Assembly (NCBI RefSeq): GCF_006345805.1
Contig: NC_042999.1
Location: 48,732,001-48,796,000 of the forward strand
DNA from: Octopus sinensis
Taxonomy: Eukaryota
DNA length: 64,000 nucleotides
Direction of reading: 5' to 3'
Position numbers and translations under genes: made by a program. The notes below the pieces were generated by a model. The model had not been told where the DNA came from. It saw nothing but the letters and a program-made list of their open reading frames with translations, and searched no databases. This document shows, in pieces, positions 39,082 through 51,901 of the stretch (positions are counted from its first letter, which is position 1; each line of letters begins with the position of its first letter).

Positions 39082-39664
39082 ACGCATGCAGCTGGAGAAT
39101 GTAGTTGTTTTATCAAATATATTAGAAACGTCATTAGTATCTAATCTAAAACGCATACGTATGTATTTCCCTTCCCTTTCAAAACGAAGAATATCCTTTA
39201 ATACAGTCATTATAAATTAATCTTAATATCGCTTAACTTCAGGAAACAAAATTTTATAGCACAGTACGTAATGTAATTATTTTCAAATGTAATCATGAGC
39301 ATTGTACAAGTATAACAAATTATATTAGCCAATGAACACAAAAACGAAAACAGCTTTTAAAAAAGTTCATCATACTTTTCCCTTAATAATGCTCAGATTT
39401 AATCAGACGAACACTACATAATAAAGCTACTAAAACTTCCTGATACTTTTGCACGTAGCGGAAAATGCTTACAGTCATTGGCGACGTGTCGAAACTCGTA
39501 ATTGATTAATCAAATTGTTTAAAGGCGGGTTTATTTCGTTTGTCTTTTGATTTTCTTGTTTGTTAAACCATGTACTGTTGATTCTTTCAATAGTCATAGT
39601 CACTCCAAATTTGTCACAATTTAAATAAGATTAGACAAGGAGAATATAATTGATAGAAAAGGAT

Positions 39665-39785
39665 ATTTAGAAGAAACTGGAGGAGGAAGAGGGGGAGAAG
39701 GAGAAGGAGGAGGAAAATGAGAGGAAGGAGGAGGAGGAGGGGGAGAAGGAGAAGAAGAAGGAGAAGAAGAAGAAGAAGAAGAAAT
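39665..39785. repeat. (GGA)n/(AGA)n purine trinucleotide tract
   Basis: Direct reading. Confidence 0.95.
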
Positions 39786-41427
39786 AGTGAAATGTATGAT
39801 AACATCACAGATAATCTTTATTTTGCCCAAATTTTGTTCCAGAATTCAAGTATATCCTGCTCCAATTGTGCTTTCCAGTTTGTCTATAGACTTTCTTCAG
39901 TTTATCTAAAACAGGCTGTTAACTCTGAAGAAAGTAGGGTCTTTTTTCGAAAAGTTGTATGCGCACATCTTTGGCCTGTATTTTTCTTTTATGTTCTCCT
40001 TTACCTCAGCTAATTGTTACTCACACTTTCTCATTGTCTTCCGCTTTTTAGATGCTTTTATATTATGATTATTGCACAATTTATTTTTCTGAATTACAAT
40101 ATCAGATCGGACAGCATTGATTCGTTTCGCTATATAAATTTAAGGTTTGTTTTGCAACTTGGTCTTTTATGGTGATTTTCAACTTTATTTTCACTTTGGC
40201 AGAGATTGTAGCAGTAGTAAAGCGTAATTCATTCAAGGATGTGATGTATATTTGTTTTCTTCTCTTAGGGACTTAAGGGCCGAATTCACCTGACAAATTA
40301 TTTTGTCAGTTTTGTTTACTATTTCGGATCGCAGGAAGGTCATTGCGTTCCGTCATGTCTATCATAACAAATTTGGAGAGAAAAGAAACCGAGGACGGAA
40401 CATAAATACAAACAAAATTGCGAATGTTCGAAGAAATATTAAACGGAAACTGTTGACAGATATTAAAATTGACCAAATAAAGATAAATGTAGTTGTGTCA
40501 GCGCACTTGTCCTCATATCAAAATTATTAATTTCCGACGAATTGTTGGTAATCTCATTAGTTTTTTCAACTCCTATGTTTTGAACTCCAGGGAGAGAATT
40601 TAACTTCTTTCTCATTGTGTGTGTGCAATGTTATTTAGTACTTTCTGTAAAGCTTTTCAGACATAGTTTCCGTCTGTTAATTTGCGAGGCTTACAGGTTG
40701 GATTCTTTCTGAAATCTGATTCGACAGTTTCCTTTAGTCAGTCAATCTTAATATCCATCAACATTTTCTGTTTGGAACCTTCACAATTTTGTTAGTTTAT
40801 GTTTAGTTTTATGGTAGAATTATTTTCTCTCTGAATTTGGTATATTGGATCAGTGCTTGGAACTTCTGATGGATAATATAAATACATGGGTGTGTATTAA
40901 CCCCGAGTGATCTATTTATTGTCCTTCCCGTACCATTCTTGAATTTCATTCGTACATGGAAGATACTCAGGAGGATTTATCTTGTTGTGAGAGACCTTCA
41001 GGCTCATGTTTTGGGGACAGGTTGAACTAGTAGCAAACGTTTCGAACGCTGTCTGGCTTTTCTGAAAGTGGCGCGACCCTTGTTCAACCGAGTGACGACT
41101 AATCTGATATGCGTTCCCCTTTCGTATCCTTAAGACTTGTTCTTTGTGAGTAAGGTTCCTCGCAGTCCAGATTTTTAATATGACGCCATCTCTAGATAGG
41201 GTGTTCATTATGGGTCAAAGGTTCCTCTTAACACGTAGCGGAAGTAGGCCATAACACGATGGGCGCCAGACCAATAATTTGCTCTGTATATATTTCTATC
41301 AGACTTCCTGTGTGTCCTAGACAATTTTCCATCGTAACGGCTTTGTGCAACGCAACGGGATACCCATCTATTCCTATTATTATCGGCCTTTGCAGAAGAC
41401 CTATCGCCTGGAAGAGAATCCCCATCG

Positions 41428-41428
<1 letters not shown>

Positions 41429-41498
<70 letters not shown>

Positions 41499-41549
41499 CA
41501 TCATCATCATCATCATCATCACATCATCATCATCATCATCATCGTCATT

Positions 41550-41602
<53 letters not shown>

Positions 41603-41624
41603 TATTATTATTACTATTATTATA

Positions 41625-41672
<48 letters not shown>
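41429..41672. repeat. Compound (TTA)n-(TCA)n-(TTA)n microsatellite
   Basis: Direct reading. It is the source of the spurious poly-Y/H/I/L/S ORFs. Similar tracts at 41980-42072 and 61670-61860. Confidence 0.97.
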
Positions 41673-41673
<1 letters not shown>

Positions 41674-42021
41674 TCGAGTACCTATCATCATCTTTACTAA
41701 CATGACCCGGTAAAATAGCAAAAAAAAAAACTCACGCTTTGACAGGCTATATTTTTCCATCTGCATGGCGACCAATTAGAAAAAAAAATACCCTCCCCGT
41801 AATTAGCGGTTTAGTTTTCGAGCAAAGCTGAAATATCCGCATGTTCTTTGATTTATGCTTTCAACCTTACCTTCCATCCTTTCCGGGTCGATAAATTAAG
41901 TACATGTGAAACACTGGGGGTCGATGTAATTGAATAGTCTTCTCACCAAAAATTTGAGGCCTTGTGCCCCTCATAGTAAAGTTGATTATTACTATTATCA
42001 TTACTATTATTATTATTATTA

Positions 42022-42063
<42 letters not shown>

Positions 42064-42636
42064 TATTATTATCACCTGCCGCGTGGTGGAAGTGCACCTC
42101 TTCAGACAAAGTCGATTTGATGGAGGAAGTGATCTAATGTATGGCACATGCAATTGATCACTATAAACAAATTTTTTATACAGGTCGTTCGGCAAAGGCT
42201 GAATGCTCACACTAAGTCTTCGGGGGGGGGTCTGTCACGTATATATAATATGGAGTTTATAGTACAAGCCTTGTTATCCTAAGATCTTTGATTCACTTTC
42301 TGGGGTTGGTATCGTGTTTTGCCCTTCAGCAAAGTGCTTCCCAACACGTTGCTCCAGTCCATATAGCTGAATATGACTGACACGTTGGCTAAGATGAGGT
42401 GATGGTGCTAATAAGTTGTACCAGTAGCACCACCGCGTTCTAGTCCAACTCTTATTCATTCTCAGCTGCATTTATCGAGCCACGTGATATGGAGCGCTTT
42501 GTTGAAGGATCGCAGAAACCGAACGCGTGAATTTATGATAACGAACCCAATACTATGACCGCCATGATATACACATGTATGTACATCTGTACACAAATAT
42601 ATTTCTCAATTTATCTTTCTATCTATCTCACTCTCT

Positions 42637-42762
<126 letters not shown>

Positions 42763-43464
42763 CTTATAAGGTAATGAACTACAATGTGTGTGTGTGTGTG
42801 TGCATATATGTATGCATACATTTGACAGCTAGAGTCAATATAAACTGGAATTAAAATTTAATTTCCACTTATTTATAGACATGGCTGCATCAAATGAGTT
42901 TCAATATTGATTCGGTCTCCTTTATTTCTGTCTGACATCAATTTTATATTAAATTAGCTGCTGTCAAATCATCTGCAATACCAAGCAGAATATTGGAATA
43001 AAAGTTACTGTAATATTATGTTACTACATAATATGTGAAAGTTCACATCCTCAAACTTGACAGCGATGCTCATGGCCCTTTAGTTATATTCAATAAATAG
43101 CCAAAAGGACGCATTTTTTTAACCGCATCTACTATGTTGTAAAATATGTAAGGTATTTTCGCTTTTGTGTTTCGCTTTTTGCTTTTCATGAATATTCTAT
43201 TGCAGTATAATAGCGTGGGGGTTAGTAAAATTTACTAGGGTGTCGAACAAAATGACTTGTTACAATTGCTTATGTACTGAGTTCATATAGCACTGAGGTA
43301 AATTTCTCTTTAAGCTTTCCGTGTTCGGAACAATTTATTCATAGCCATGTACACGTACTGATGACAACTATAGGTGTTTACAAATATATATTTCAAACGT
43401 TTTTCGAAATTAAAATATAGCTGTAGTTTCATGTTTTATCGATCAAATAGTATATGTACAACTT

Positions 43465-43510
<46 letters not shown>

Positions 43511-43524
43511 GTATGTATATATAT

Positions 43525-43571
<47 letters not shown>

Positions 43572-43774
43572 TTCTTAAATATAGATTGAGTCTATGTAGA
43601 TGTTTGTCAGAGATCATGATTTTGTGTACATACATATAAATACATACTTACATATATACACAGAGAGAGAGAGTGAGATCTCACAACATAGTTATGTTTA
43701 TAAAAATCAGATATATAATAATATATAACTTTATCAAAAAACGTTATGGGGATATCAATAAACATTCTTGTCTA

Positions 43775-44000
43775 TAATGTTATTCAATAAAGCCACTTTC
43801 AGCATTAACAACTGCTTCTGTGTGAGATCTAAATCATCTACATGCTCGAATCAAGTGGACCTGGTTTATTTTGGACATTACTCTGTCTATGCTAGCTTTC
43901 AAATTGTCTTTGGTGTTCATTGATCTCACTCTAAACAACTCCCCACGTGAAACAGTACAATGGATTGAGACCTGGGGAATTAGGAGGCCAAACGTTGACA
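43775..44000 (-). mobile_element. DD37D transposase C-terminal fragment
   Basis: 'NVWPPNSPGLNPLYCFTWGVV...NTKDNLKASIDRVMSKINQVHLIRACR*FRSH.EAVVNAESGFIE'. Confidence 0.8.
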
Positions 44001-44118
44001 CACACGCACAAAAAAAAATTCTCAAATTTGAAATTAACCAATGTTCAAACAACAACTAAATCTCTCTCTCTCTCTCCCTTTCTCTCTCTCTCTTCCAATT
44101 TCATCTATCAACCTAAAT

Positions 44119-44305
44119 CAGTGGTTCCCAACTGCAATAAATTAGATATAATTTCTAAAGTACACAAGATATTTTACAATTCCTAATGATACTTAATTAT
44201 AGAAATAGGATCTTTAAAAATTCTGAAAAGTCAGGAGGGTCGGTCCGAGTTAAATAGGAATTATAAGTGGCCAAAGGCAAAAAATAAATGGTTGAGAAAC
44301 ACTAG
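44119..44305. mobile_element. hAT-type MITE
   Basis: Termini 'cagtggttcccaac' and 'ggttgagaaacactag'; TSD only partly recognisable. Confidence 0.5.
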
Positions 44306-44721
44306 CCTACGTCCAATGTCAAGTTACAATTTCTCGCAAATTTTGACATAAGGCTTGCAATTTTTAGAGAAGAGAGCTAATCGATTATATAGATACCAGT
44401 TCTCAACTTGTATCGATTAAGGTTGATCTGCAGCTAAACAATAGCTGCAGGTCCTAGAAGACAAAAGTCAGTGCAGTGGTAGAGAGGGTAGCATTAAAAA
44501 ACCTTGGTTACCTCCTTTGAAAGGATGATCACGCAATCTACTAAAAATGGTAGCTAAACCTTACCCGATTATAGTTCAAATTCTATTATTCCCTCCTTCT
44601 TTTCCCCCTCGGAGCTGATAAAAGACAAGTCATTCAAAGTATCTTTAATATACTGCTATCTTTCCTATAAATCTTTGTGTCAATATCTAAAACATTCAAC
44701 GAAAACTGTCGGGAATATTTG

Positions 44722-45000
44722 GTTAACATCCCTCTTTCTGTGGTTCAATTCTCACTGAAATATTTTTACTATTCACTATGGGATAAAAACAAATAATGGA
44801 AAAAAATCAATGGATCCGTTGCAAAGAAATATGGCTCCCTTGCAGGTGATTCTAGGTTCAATTTAACATCTCTCTGTTCTGTGGTTCAATTCTCACTTAA
44901 ATATTTTTACTATTCACTCTGGGATTTAAAAAAATAAAGGAAAAAATCAATGGATCCGTTGCAAAGAAATATGGCTCCTTTTCAGGTGATTATAGGTTCC
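44722..45000. repeat. ~138-bp tandem duplication, diverged
   Basis: Two copies of 'ttaacatc.ctct.tctgtggttcaattctcact.aaatatttttactattcact...aaaatcaatggatccgttgcaaagaaatatggctcc...caggtgatt.taggttc'. Confidence 0.9.
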
Positions 45001-45099
45001 TAACAGAAGCCCAAACGCAAATACTATTACGTGATAACACAAAGTAAAATCAAAAGTGGTCAAGCTCTATACTGTACTCAACAAGATTCTTAACAGAAT

Positions 45100-46230
45100 A
45101 TACATAACTATACAGAGTAGTAAGGTATTTGAAGATATACGTTTTTGGGGGGTGGTCATCGTTGCAATTTTCGCTAACACTGTATACTCTTTGTTTCAGA
45201 AAATGATAATGGTTGGCCCTCAGTTTACTCAAGAAATAAAGAGGCATGCTGTTATTGTGATAATAAAGGCTGAGCATAGCGATTTAGAAATCATTAAAAA
45301 AGCATTCTCAAAGCTCTGAAGTCATCGGAACACCTGCATTTATGCAACAAGTTCAACAGGGTATTGATTACGATCCCAGAAATGTCCATGAGATCCATTG
45401 CTAAAGATCTACATGTGTCAGAAGAGACAGTCAGAAATGTTGTCCACGAAGACATCAGATATAAGTCTTATATGATGAAGAAAGGTCAGTTTATCAGAAA
45501 AATCAAAAGAAAATCTCTACGTTAGATATAAAAGGCTCTTAAACAAAACAAAATATCCAGCAGAAAAAGGTTGATTTTTTTTTCTTTTTCAAACGAGAAA
45601 AAAATTCAAAAAGTTAACAAAAATGACAGATGGTTATGTGCAGAGCCTTCTGAAGTTCCAAGTGTTATGCATACAAAATCTGCCACGATTGCCATGATTT
45701 AAGGGTTATCAGCAATGAAGGACATGTGATGCCACTTTTTGTCTTTCCACAAGGCCTTGAAATTAACTTTGCCGCCTACATTGAGGTCCTGGAAATAATT
45801 GTTAAGCCCTAGATAGATAAAGTATACAATGGAAGGCCATATGTGTTATAGTAAGACTCTGCACAATCACACATGGCTCTAGTAACACATGGATGGATGG
45901 CTGAACATTTTCATGATCACTTAACCCCTAGCATTTGGCCTCGTAATTCCCCAGACCTCGATCCATTGGTCTATTACTTGTGGAGCGTTGTTGAGAGAGA
46001 GAAAGGTCAGTCAACAAGCCCATAACACCAATGATTCTTTGAAAGCTGTCATATTCAGAGTGATGTCCAAAAAGTACACGGACCACGTGATTCAAGCATG
46101 TAGATGGTTTAGATCTTGTATAGAAACAGTTGTTAAAGCTGGAGACGGTTTATTGAATAACGTTATTAATTAAAAGAGACATATATCTATACCTGATAAG
46201 ATGAAGCATTAATACATGCTTTGTTGTAAA
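45100..46230 (+). mobile_element. Near-full-length decayed DD37D (maT-type) transposon
   Basis: 'MSMRSIAKDLHVSEETVRNVVHEDIRYKSY...FSNEKKF...GHVMPLFVFPQGL...GRPYV..DSAQSH...WPRNSPDLDPLVYYLWSVVERE...VIQACRWFRSCIETVVKAGDG'. There are 37 residues between the second D and the third catalytic position (mutated to V). Confidence 0.9.
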
Positions 46231-46544
46231 ATAGTAATTTCTCACCGAAATACTTCGAAATCATAACAAACCAGTTTCCGTTGCCCAGAAGTTTCATTCC
46301 CATTGACAATACACCATCATACTATAGAAAATATTAAATAACAGTTCAATACGATCGTTATAATTATAGAAGTGTTTATCAAACTTCGTTTAATGTTTCA
46401 CGAGGATAGAGGGAAATAAACAGTTAAAATATACATCACTTCTTATTGTGAATGAGTGGTTTATCATTAACTGCTACACTATACCTACCGCGCATTATTC
46501 TGTTTTCACTTTTTAAAATCAGGGCCAGCAATTTGCGGGGAGCA

Positions 46545-46925
46545 GGCTAATCAATTAGACCGACCCGAGTGCTCAACAGGTACTTATTATATCGACATGA
46601 AAGAATGAAAAATCAAAAGCAAAGTCGACTGAACTTGAGCTCTGTATGTAATGACGGATGGAATGCTGCTAAGCATTTTGCACAGCGTACTGACGATTCT
46701 GCCAGCTCATCGCCATATTATACATTATTGGCTTCAAATTGTGGCATTAATCTTGCAAGTTGTGGAGAAGTGGTAAATCTATTAGATCGATTCCAGTCCT
46801 CAGCGGGTACTCATTTCATCGACCCCGAAACGAGGAAACGTAATGTCGATTTGGGCGACACGTGAACTCAGAATGCCACTAAGCATTTTGACAATGCGTG
46901 TTAACGATTCTGCCAGCTCCCTGTC
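46545..46925 (-). mobile_element. Two decayed family-C SINE fragments
   Basis: Reverse complements of 'ggcgatgagctggcagaatcgtcag' and 'ggagctggcagaatcgttaacacgc'. Confidence 0.7.
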
Positions 46926-47416
46926 TTGTCATAGTATATAATATTATTAATATGAACTTACTAATAGAATCGAGAAATAAGGTCTTATGAAATTTTTATA
47001 ACATTGTACGTAGTATCATTTTGCAAATAAGGTAAAAGTATATGTGTTATAACATTTGGGTATTTATGCCGTTTAAGTCTTCATACTTATTTCTCTTTAA
47101 TGGAATTTCAAATGAACGGACCACTTTTGGAGATTATATCAAACAATTGTCTATTGGAAAGTGAGAAATGTCAGTAAAATTATATGGCTTCCATGACAGC
47201 TGGAAGTTCCCTATCACGTAAGCTTGGAAACAGACTAGACTTAGCCTATGCCCTCTATGTTTAATCAAGTACAATACCGCGATTACATAGAACTTACTAA
47301 GGGCGATATCTTATTTATGCAAATACATAAAGAAAATGACATGTGCCATTGAAATATACGAAAGACACGTCTATACAAACACCTACACACACGTATATAC
47401 ATAAGTATATTATATA

Positions 47417-47474
<58 letters not shown>

Positions 47475-47742
47475 TTATGTATATAAACATATATATATAT
47501 ATATATTCATACATATATACATATGTGTGTGTACGTATGGAGGTAGGTAGGTATATGTGTATGTATGAATATAGGTATATATGCATGTGGGCATGTATAT
47601 CATACAATTTTGCTACTGGTATACTGGTCTTAAGAGATAGAAACATAGAAACTCCTGTTTCCATTTTGAATATGTGATTATGTATCAACCAGAAAATTGA
47701 GTCTTTTAATAGTTTCCATTAGAAACAAATATCATGAAACCT

Positions 47743-47787
<45 letters not shown>

Positions 47788-48162
47788 GGGGCACATTTCA
47801 ATAGCTATATTCTTTAGACGACTGTTGCGATAATAAATTTAGTGGGATGAGTATTCAGTTGAAAGAAATATATTAGTTGAGAAATGTTATCAACACTGAG
47901 CAGCTTTTAGAGAGGTGGTTACTAATTTATAATCAGATCTTATTTGACGAAATTACTCTGGTTTGATGTTCGAAAAATTTGAATTGATAAAAGTTCCGCG
48001 TCAGTGATTTTATGAGTAATAGGTAAACATATATACTGTGATAGGGTGCATCACAGTTAGGCTCCATTAAGATCAAAGTTCCTTTGTTCAGTTAACAACT
48101 AATTTTTGTTTTCTGTTTGCGATAAACTTATTATATTGGTTCAAATATACGTAGATATAACA

Positions 48163-48483
48163 CATAATATAAATAATATATAAATATATGCATATATACA
48201 TACATATATGTACATACCTACATCTATATATATTACGCTGAGTAGACGAAACGGGCAATTGAAGAAGGGGAAAATTCCTTGTGTTGTATATCTTGTACTT
48301 AGTTTTTTCGTTGTTTGATAAAAAGTTCGTTTCCATGTTTTTGGTTTTATGTTTTTGTTTCTCATTGTGTTCAACGTTTTTTGATGTCCTGTACCCATAT
48401 ATGCATGTATATATACAAAAAGATGTAGGTATGTACATATATGTATGTATATATGCATATATTTATATATTATTTATATTATA
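48163..48483. repeat. 63-bp near-perfect inverted repeat around a 195-bp core
   Basis: 48163-48225 is the reverse complement of 48421-48483. The 16-mer 'cgtagatataacacat' occurs directly at 48150 and 48511. Confidence 0.85.
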
Positions 48484-49452
48484 TGATCGAACGCCACGCA
48501 TCGTTTTCCTCGTAGATATAACACATTGTATTTTCAACCATGCATACTTGCATATATATTGCACACAAATTCACCATTCGTCAAAATAGTTATTCGTAGC
48601 GAAAGAATTAACACGTTCCAAAATCTGAAATTCAAATTTGCTCCTATGATTATTTCCTGCGAACTAAATGCTAGAATAATATACTTGAGAAGATAGACTT
48701 CAAAATACCCAGGGAAAACAGAACATTACAAATATACAATGAAATGCCATTAATTAAGCATTAAACATTTAATGTCTGGTTTCCATACACACACACAAGT
48801 AAAGGCATACTAATATATTTATCCGTATACTCTTACATATACACGCATATTTGATGGCTACACACATATAAACATGATTACTAAGTTTATATGATTATAT
48901 CTTCATTCTAGCCTTTCTCTCACTCTTGTATTCCTAACCTTTTTCTTTTTCTTTCTCTCACTCTTTTCTCTCTGTTGCTCCCTTTCCTAGCTGTCTTTCT
49001 CCGCTGCCTACTGCTGTCACGGACCTTTCCTTTCTTACGCTAGTCCCGTAGCTGACCTGTCGCAAATTCTCTATCTCTCCGATCTCCATCCTTCAAGATA
49101 TTTTCTAAGCGTTACCCACTGTTCTTGTCACCTTGACCTTTTTAGTACTCGTCCATCGTTTTAAATCACACTCCGTGTCGTCTTGCTTGTTTTGTTTTGT
49201 TTGCTCTTTTTCCTAGTTCTCCGCAAGAGAACTTCTTTTGCGGGTACCTCCAATTGGGAAACACTGAGTCTTATCGTTAAAGGTGCGAAACTGTATATCA
49301 CTAATTGGTCGATACCTGATGAAGAATTACGGATCTTCTATTTGTCTCCGGTTCGTTTTTAAATTCAGAATACGTTATGTCGGTTTTTATACATGATTTC
49401 ATTTATCAAGTAATGGAACGCAACACACACCAAATTTGTATTAACAAGTGAG

Positions 49453-49521
<69 letters not shown>

Positions 49522-49554
49522 TATTGTAGTTCGCTTGAAGCATTGTGTATTGAT

Positions 49555-49886
49555 TATGAAATAAAACGTGTCTTGAATGGCACGACAATGCAGAGTGGAC
49601 TATTAAAACTGTTATAATTTAATTATTCACAGTCTGATATAATATTTAGGAATATAAAAATTCTGTCTTCAGAATAACTAGGAATTGATCGAGTCACTGC
49701 TATAATCAGTTTTCCAGCGTTGGAAAATTCATTATAGCACTGACTCGATCAATTCCTAGCGATATCTGAAAACGGAATTTTTATATTCTGAAATGTTATA
49801 TCAGACTGAATAATTATATTATAACAGTTATGTTATCATAGTCCACTCTGCATTGTCGCACTATTCAAGACACGTTATATTTCATA
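49555..49886. repeat. ~330-bp imperfect fold-back (MITE-like hairpin)
   Basis: Arms 'tatgaaata.aacgtgtcttgaat...cgacaatgcagagtggactat...cagtctgatataa...ctaggaattgatcgagtca.tgctataat' and their reverse complement; centre ttttcca-gcgt-tggaaaa. Confidence 0.9.
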
Positions 49887-49903
49887 TATGTATGTATATA
49901 TGC

Positions 49904-49966
<63 letters not shown>

Positions 49967-50050
49967 ATATAACGAATCGCCATGTTGATTCGTTAGCTAC
50001 TGCACGCATTTTTTTCTCTCCTTCTTTCTGTGTTTTTCTCTCTCTGTGTA

Positions 50051-50088
50051 TCTTTCTGTTGAAGAGCGTAGGCTCGAAACGTTAAAGA
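50051..50088 (+). ncRNA. Minimal type I hammerhead-like motif, U6 variant (CUGUUGA), in pLTR-type repeat 49990-50185
   Basis: tcttt-CTGTTGA-a-gagc-gtag-gctc-GAAA-cg-TT-aaaga. Helix I is 5 bp; palindromic helix III ACGT. Confidence 0.6.
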
Positions 50089-50184
50089 CTTGTTTTATTT
50101 ATATTTCCTGAGCGCCATACTAATACAATTGTTCGTTTGTTTTCCACCTGCCTTCGTCTTTTGTTATTTTCATAAAGCTTCCCG

Positions 50185-50226
<42 letters not shown>

Positions 50227-51017
50227 TATATATAAAAAAATACAAAAATGGGACAATAACGCAAAACATCCAGAGATTTAAGTGAAACAAAAAAGGCTCA
50301 ACAAATTATCTAGACAGATGTTATAAGGAAAACAAGGACGGATCATTTGGAGTTTTCTATCCTCAGTCGAGTTCCAGATTATCTTTGCGATTCCGGCTGG
50401 CTATACTCGAGATTGCTCCAATCTGGCTAGCCCCAAGGAAAAAATAATCTAAGACCATTGCATCCTTGGAAGAAACCAACGAATGTATACGAAAACAAGG
50501 ACAAAAACAAAAACAGAGAAATGTTACACAAATACAAATAAGATGACATCGCAACACGTGTCTTTTGACTAAGGACGAATGATTTTAAGCTGGCGTGTGT
50601 GGAATTAAAGCCTTACGGCACGGACAGTAGTCGACCCAAGACAGAAAGGTCAGGCCTGGCCGAATACCGGTAACGTGGGGAGTGAAGAGAGAGAGAGAGA
50701 GATGTAGAGGCAGAGGGATAGAAGAATTAAGGAGGAGCGAGAATATAATGAGAGAGACAGTGAATTGAAAGACGGAAAGTGAGCATGAAGAGAAGGGCAT
50801 GGAATGTGAGAGAGGGGAAACGAAAGAACGAAGGGTAGAATGAACGAAGTGTGAAAGGGCTGATAGAAAGAAGGAAAGAATGAAAAAGTGTGTGTATACA
50901 TATATATATACTACATACATGCATGCATGCATACATACATACATACATACAAACATACATACATACAAATACATACATACATACATACATACATACATAC
51001 ATACATGCATACATACA

Positions 51018-51053
<36 letters not shown>

Positions 51054-51513
51054 GACTACTGTTTTGGAAATATCTATTAAGGCAGAAACACGCGTCAGAA
51101 ACTGTAATACAGTCACCATTAAAACTGGTAATCTTCCTAAATTCCTAATCTTTGAGATTATCTCGGAACTTCACTGCAAGTTAGTCGCTTTTGCGACGAG
51201 GGGTTCTGCTACTTTTACCCAAAGTGAAAGCAATTTCAACACCACCACTTATCGAGTATGATATTTATTTTAGATCTGTTTGTCTTTAATGTTTAAATTA
51301 ATTATAACAGCAAACCATGTGTTATTTCTGTTTTCTTATATGATATATATATTATTCAAATTGTATGTATATATATGTATATATGTATGTGTGCACGTGC
51401 GTGTATGTGCGCATGTATGTGTGTGCACGTATGTGTGTGTGTGTGTGTGTGTGCATATGGGTGTGCATGGGTGTGGTGTATAATACAAGCTGATAAATAT
51501 ACGTATATATATA

Positions 51514-51831
51514 AAGACCCCCTTCGGTCATGAATGACCATGGGATTGCACCTAGAAAGTTACCCTCCTAGACACAAGTCCGGGCAAGGTTGTTTATGGA
51601 AGACCAGCAGTCGCCCATGCATACCAGCCTCCCCTCTCCACGCCACCAGTGTTATCCAAGGGAAAGACAGAGGTCGATACAGCTTGGCACCAGTGACGTC
51701 GCAACTCATTTCTACAGCTGAGTGAACTGGAGCAACGTGAAATAAAGTGCCATGCTCAAGAACACAACACGCAGCCCGGTCCGGGATTCGAGCTCACAAC
51801 CTCACGATCGTAAGCCCGACGCTCTAACCAC
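51514..51831 (-). mobile_element. tRNA-derived SINE (family D)
   Basis: Reverse complement 'gtggttagagcgtcgggcttacgatcgtgaggttgtgagctcgaatcccggaccggg...ctttatttcacgttgctccagttcactcagctgtagaaatgag' (A and B boxes plus a conserved core). Confidence 0.85.
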
Positions 51832-51837
51832 GTATAT

Positions 51838-51901
<64 letters not shown>

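Noticed and set aside
41208-42210. Poly-H/Y/I/L/N/S ORFs (also 39614-40013 and 61568-61883)
   Set aside because: Trinucleotide microsatellite read-through.
49310-49390. CTGATGA-a-gaatt...aattc-agaat possible hammerhead in a pLTR-like repeat
   Set aside because: GAAA is disrupted and helices I and III are not convincing. It may be a decayed ribozyme but cannot be supported.
50320-50375. Minus-strand CTGAGGA-tagaaaactc-CAAA in a pLTR-like repeat
   Set aside because: G12 is missing and there is no helix I.
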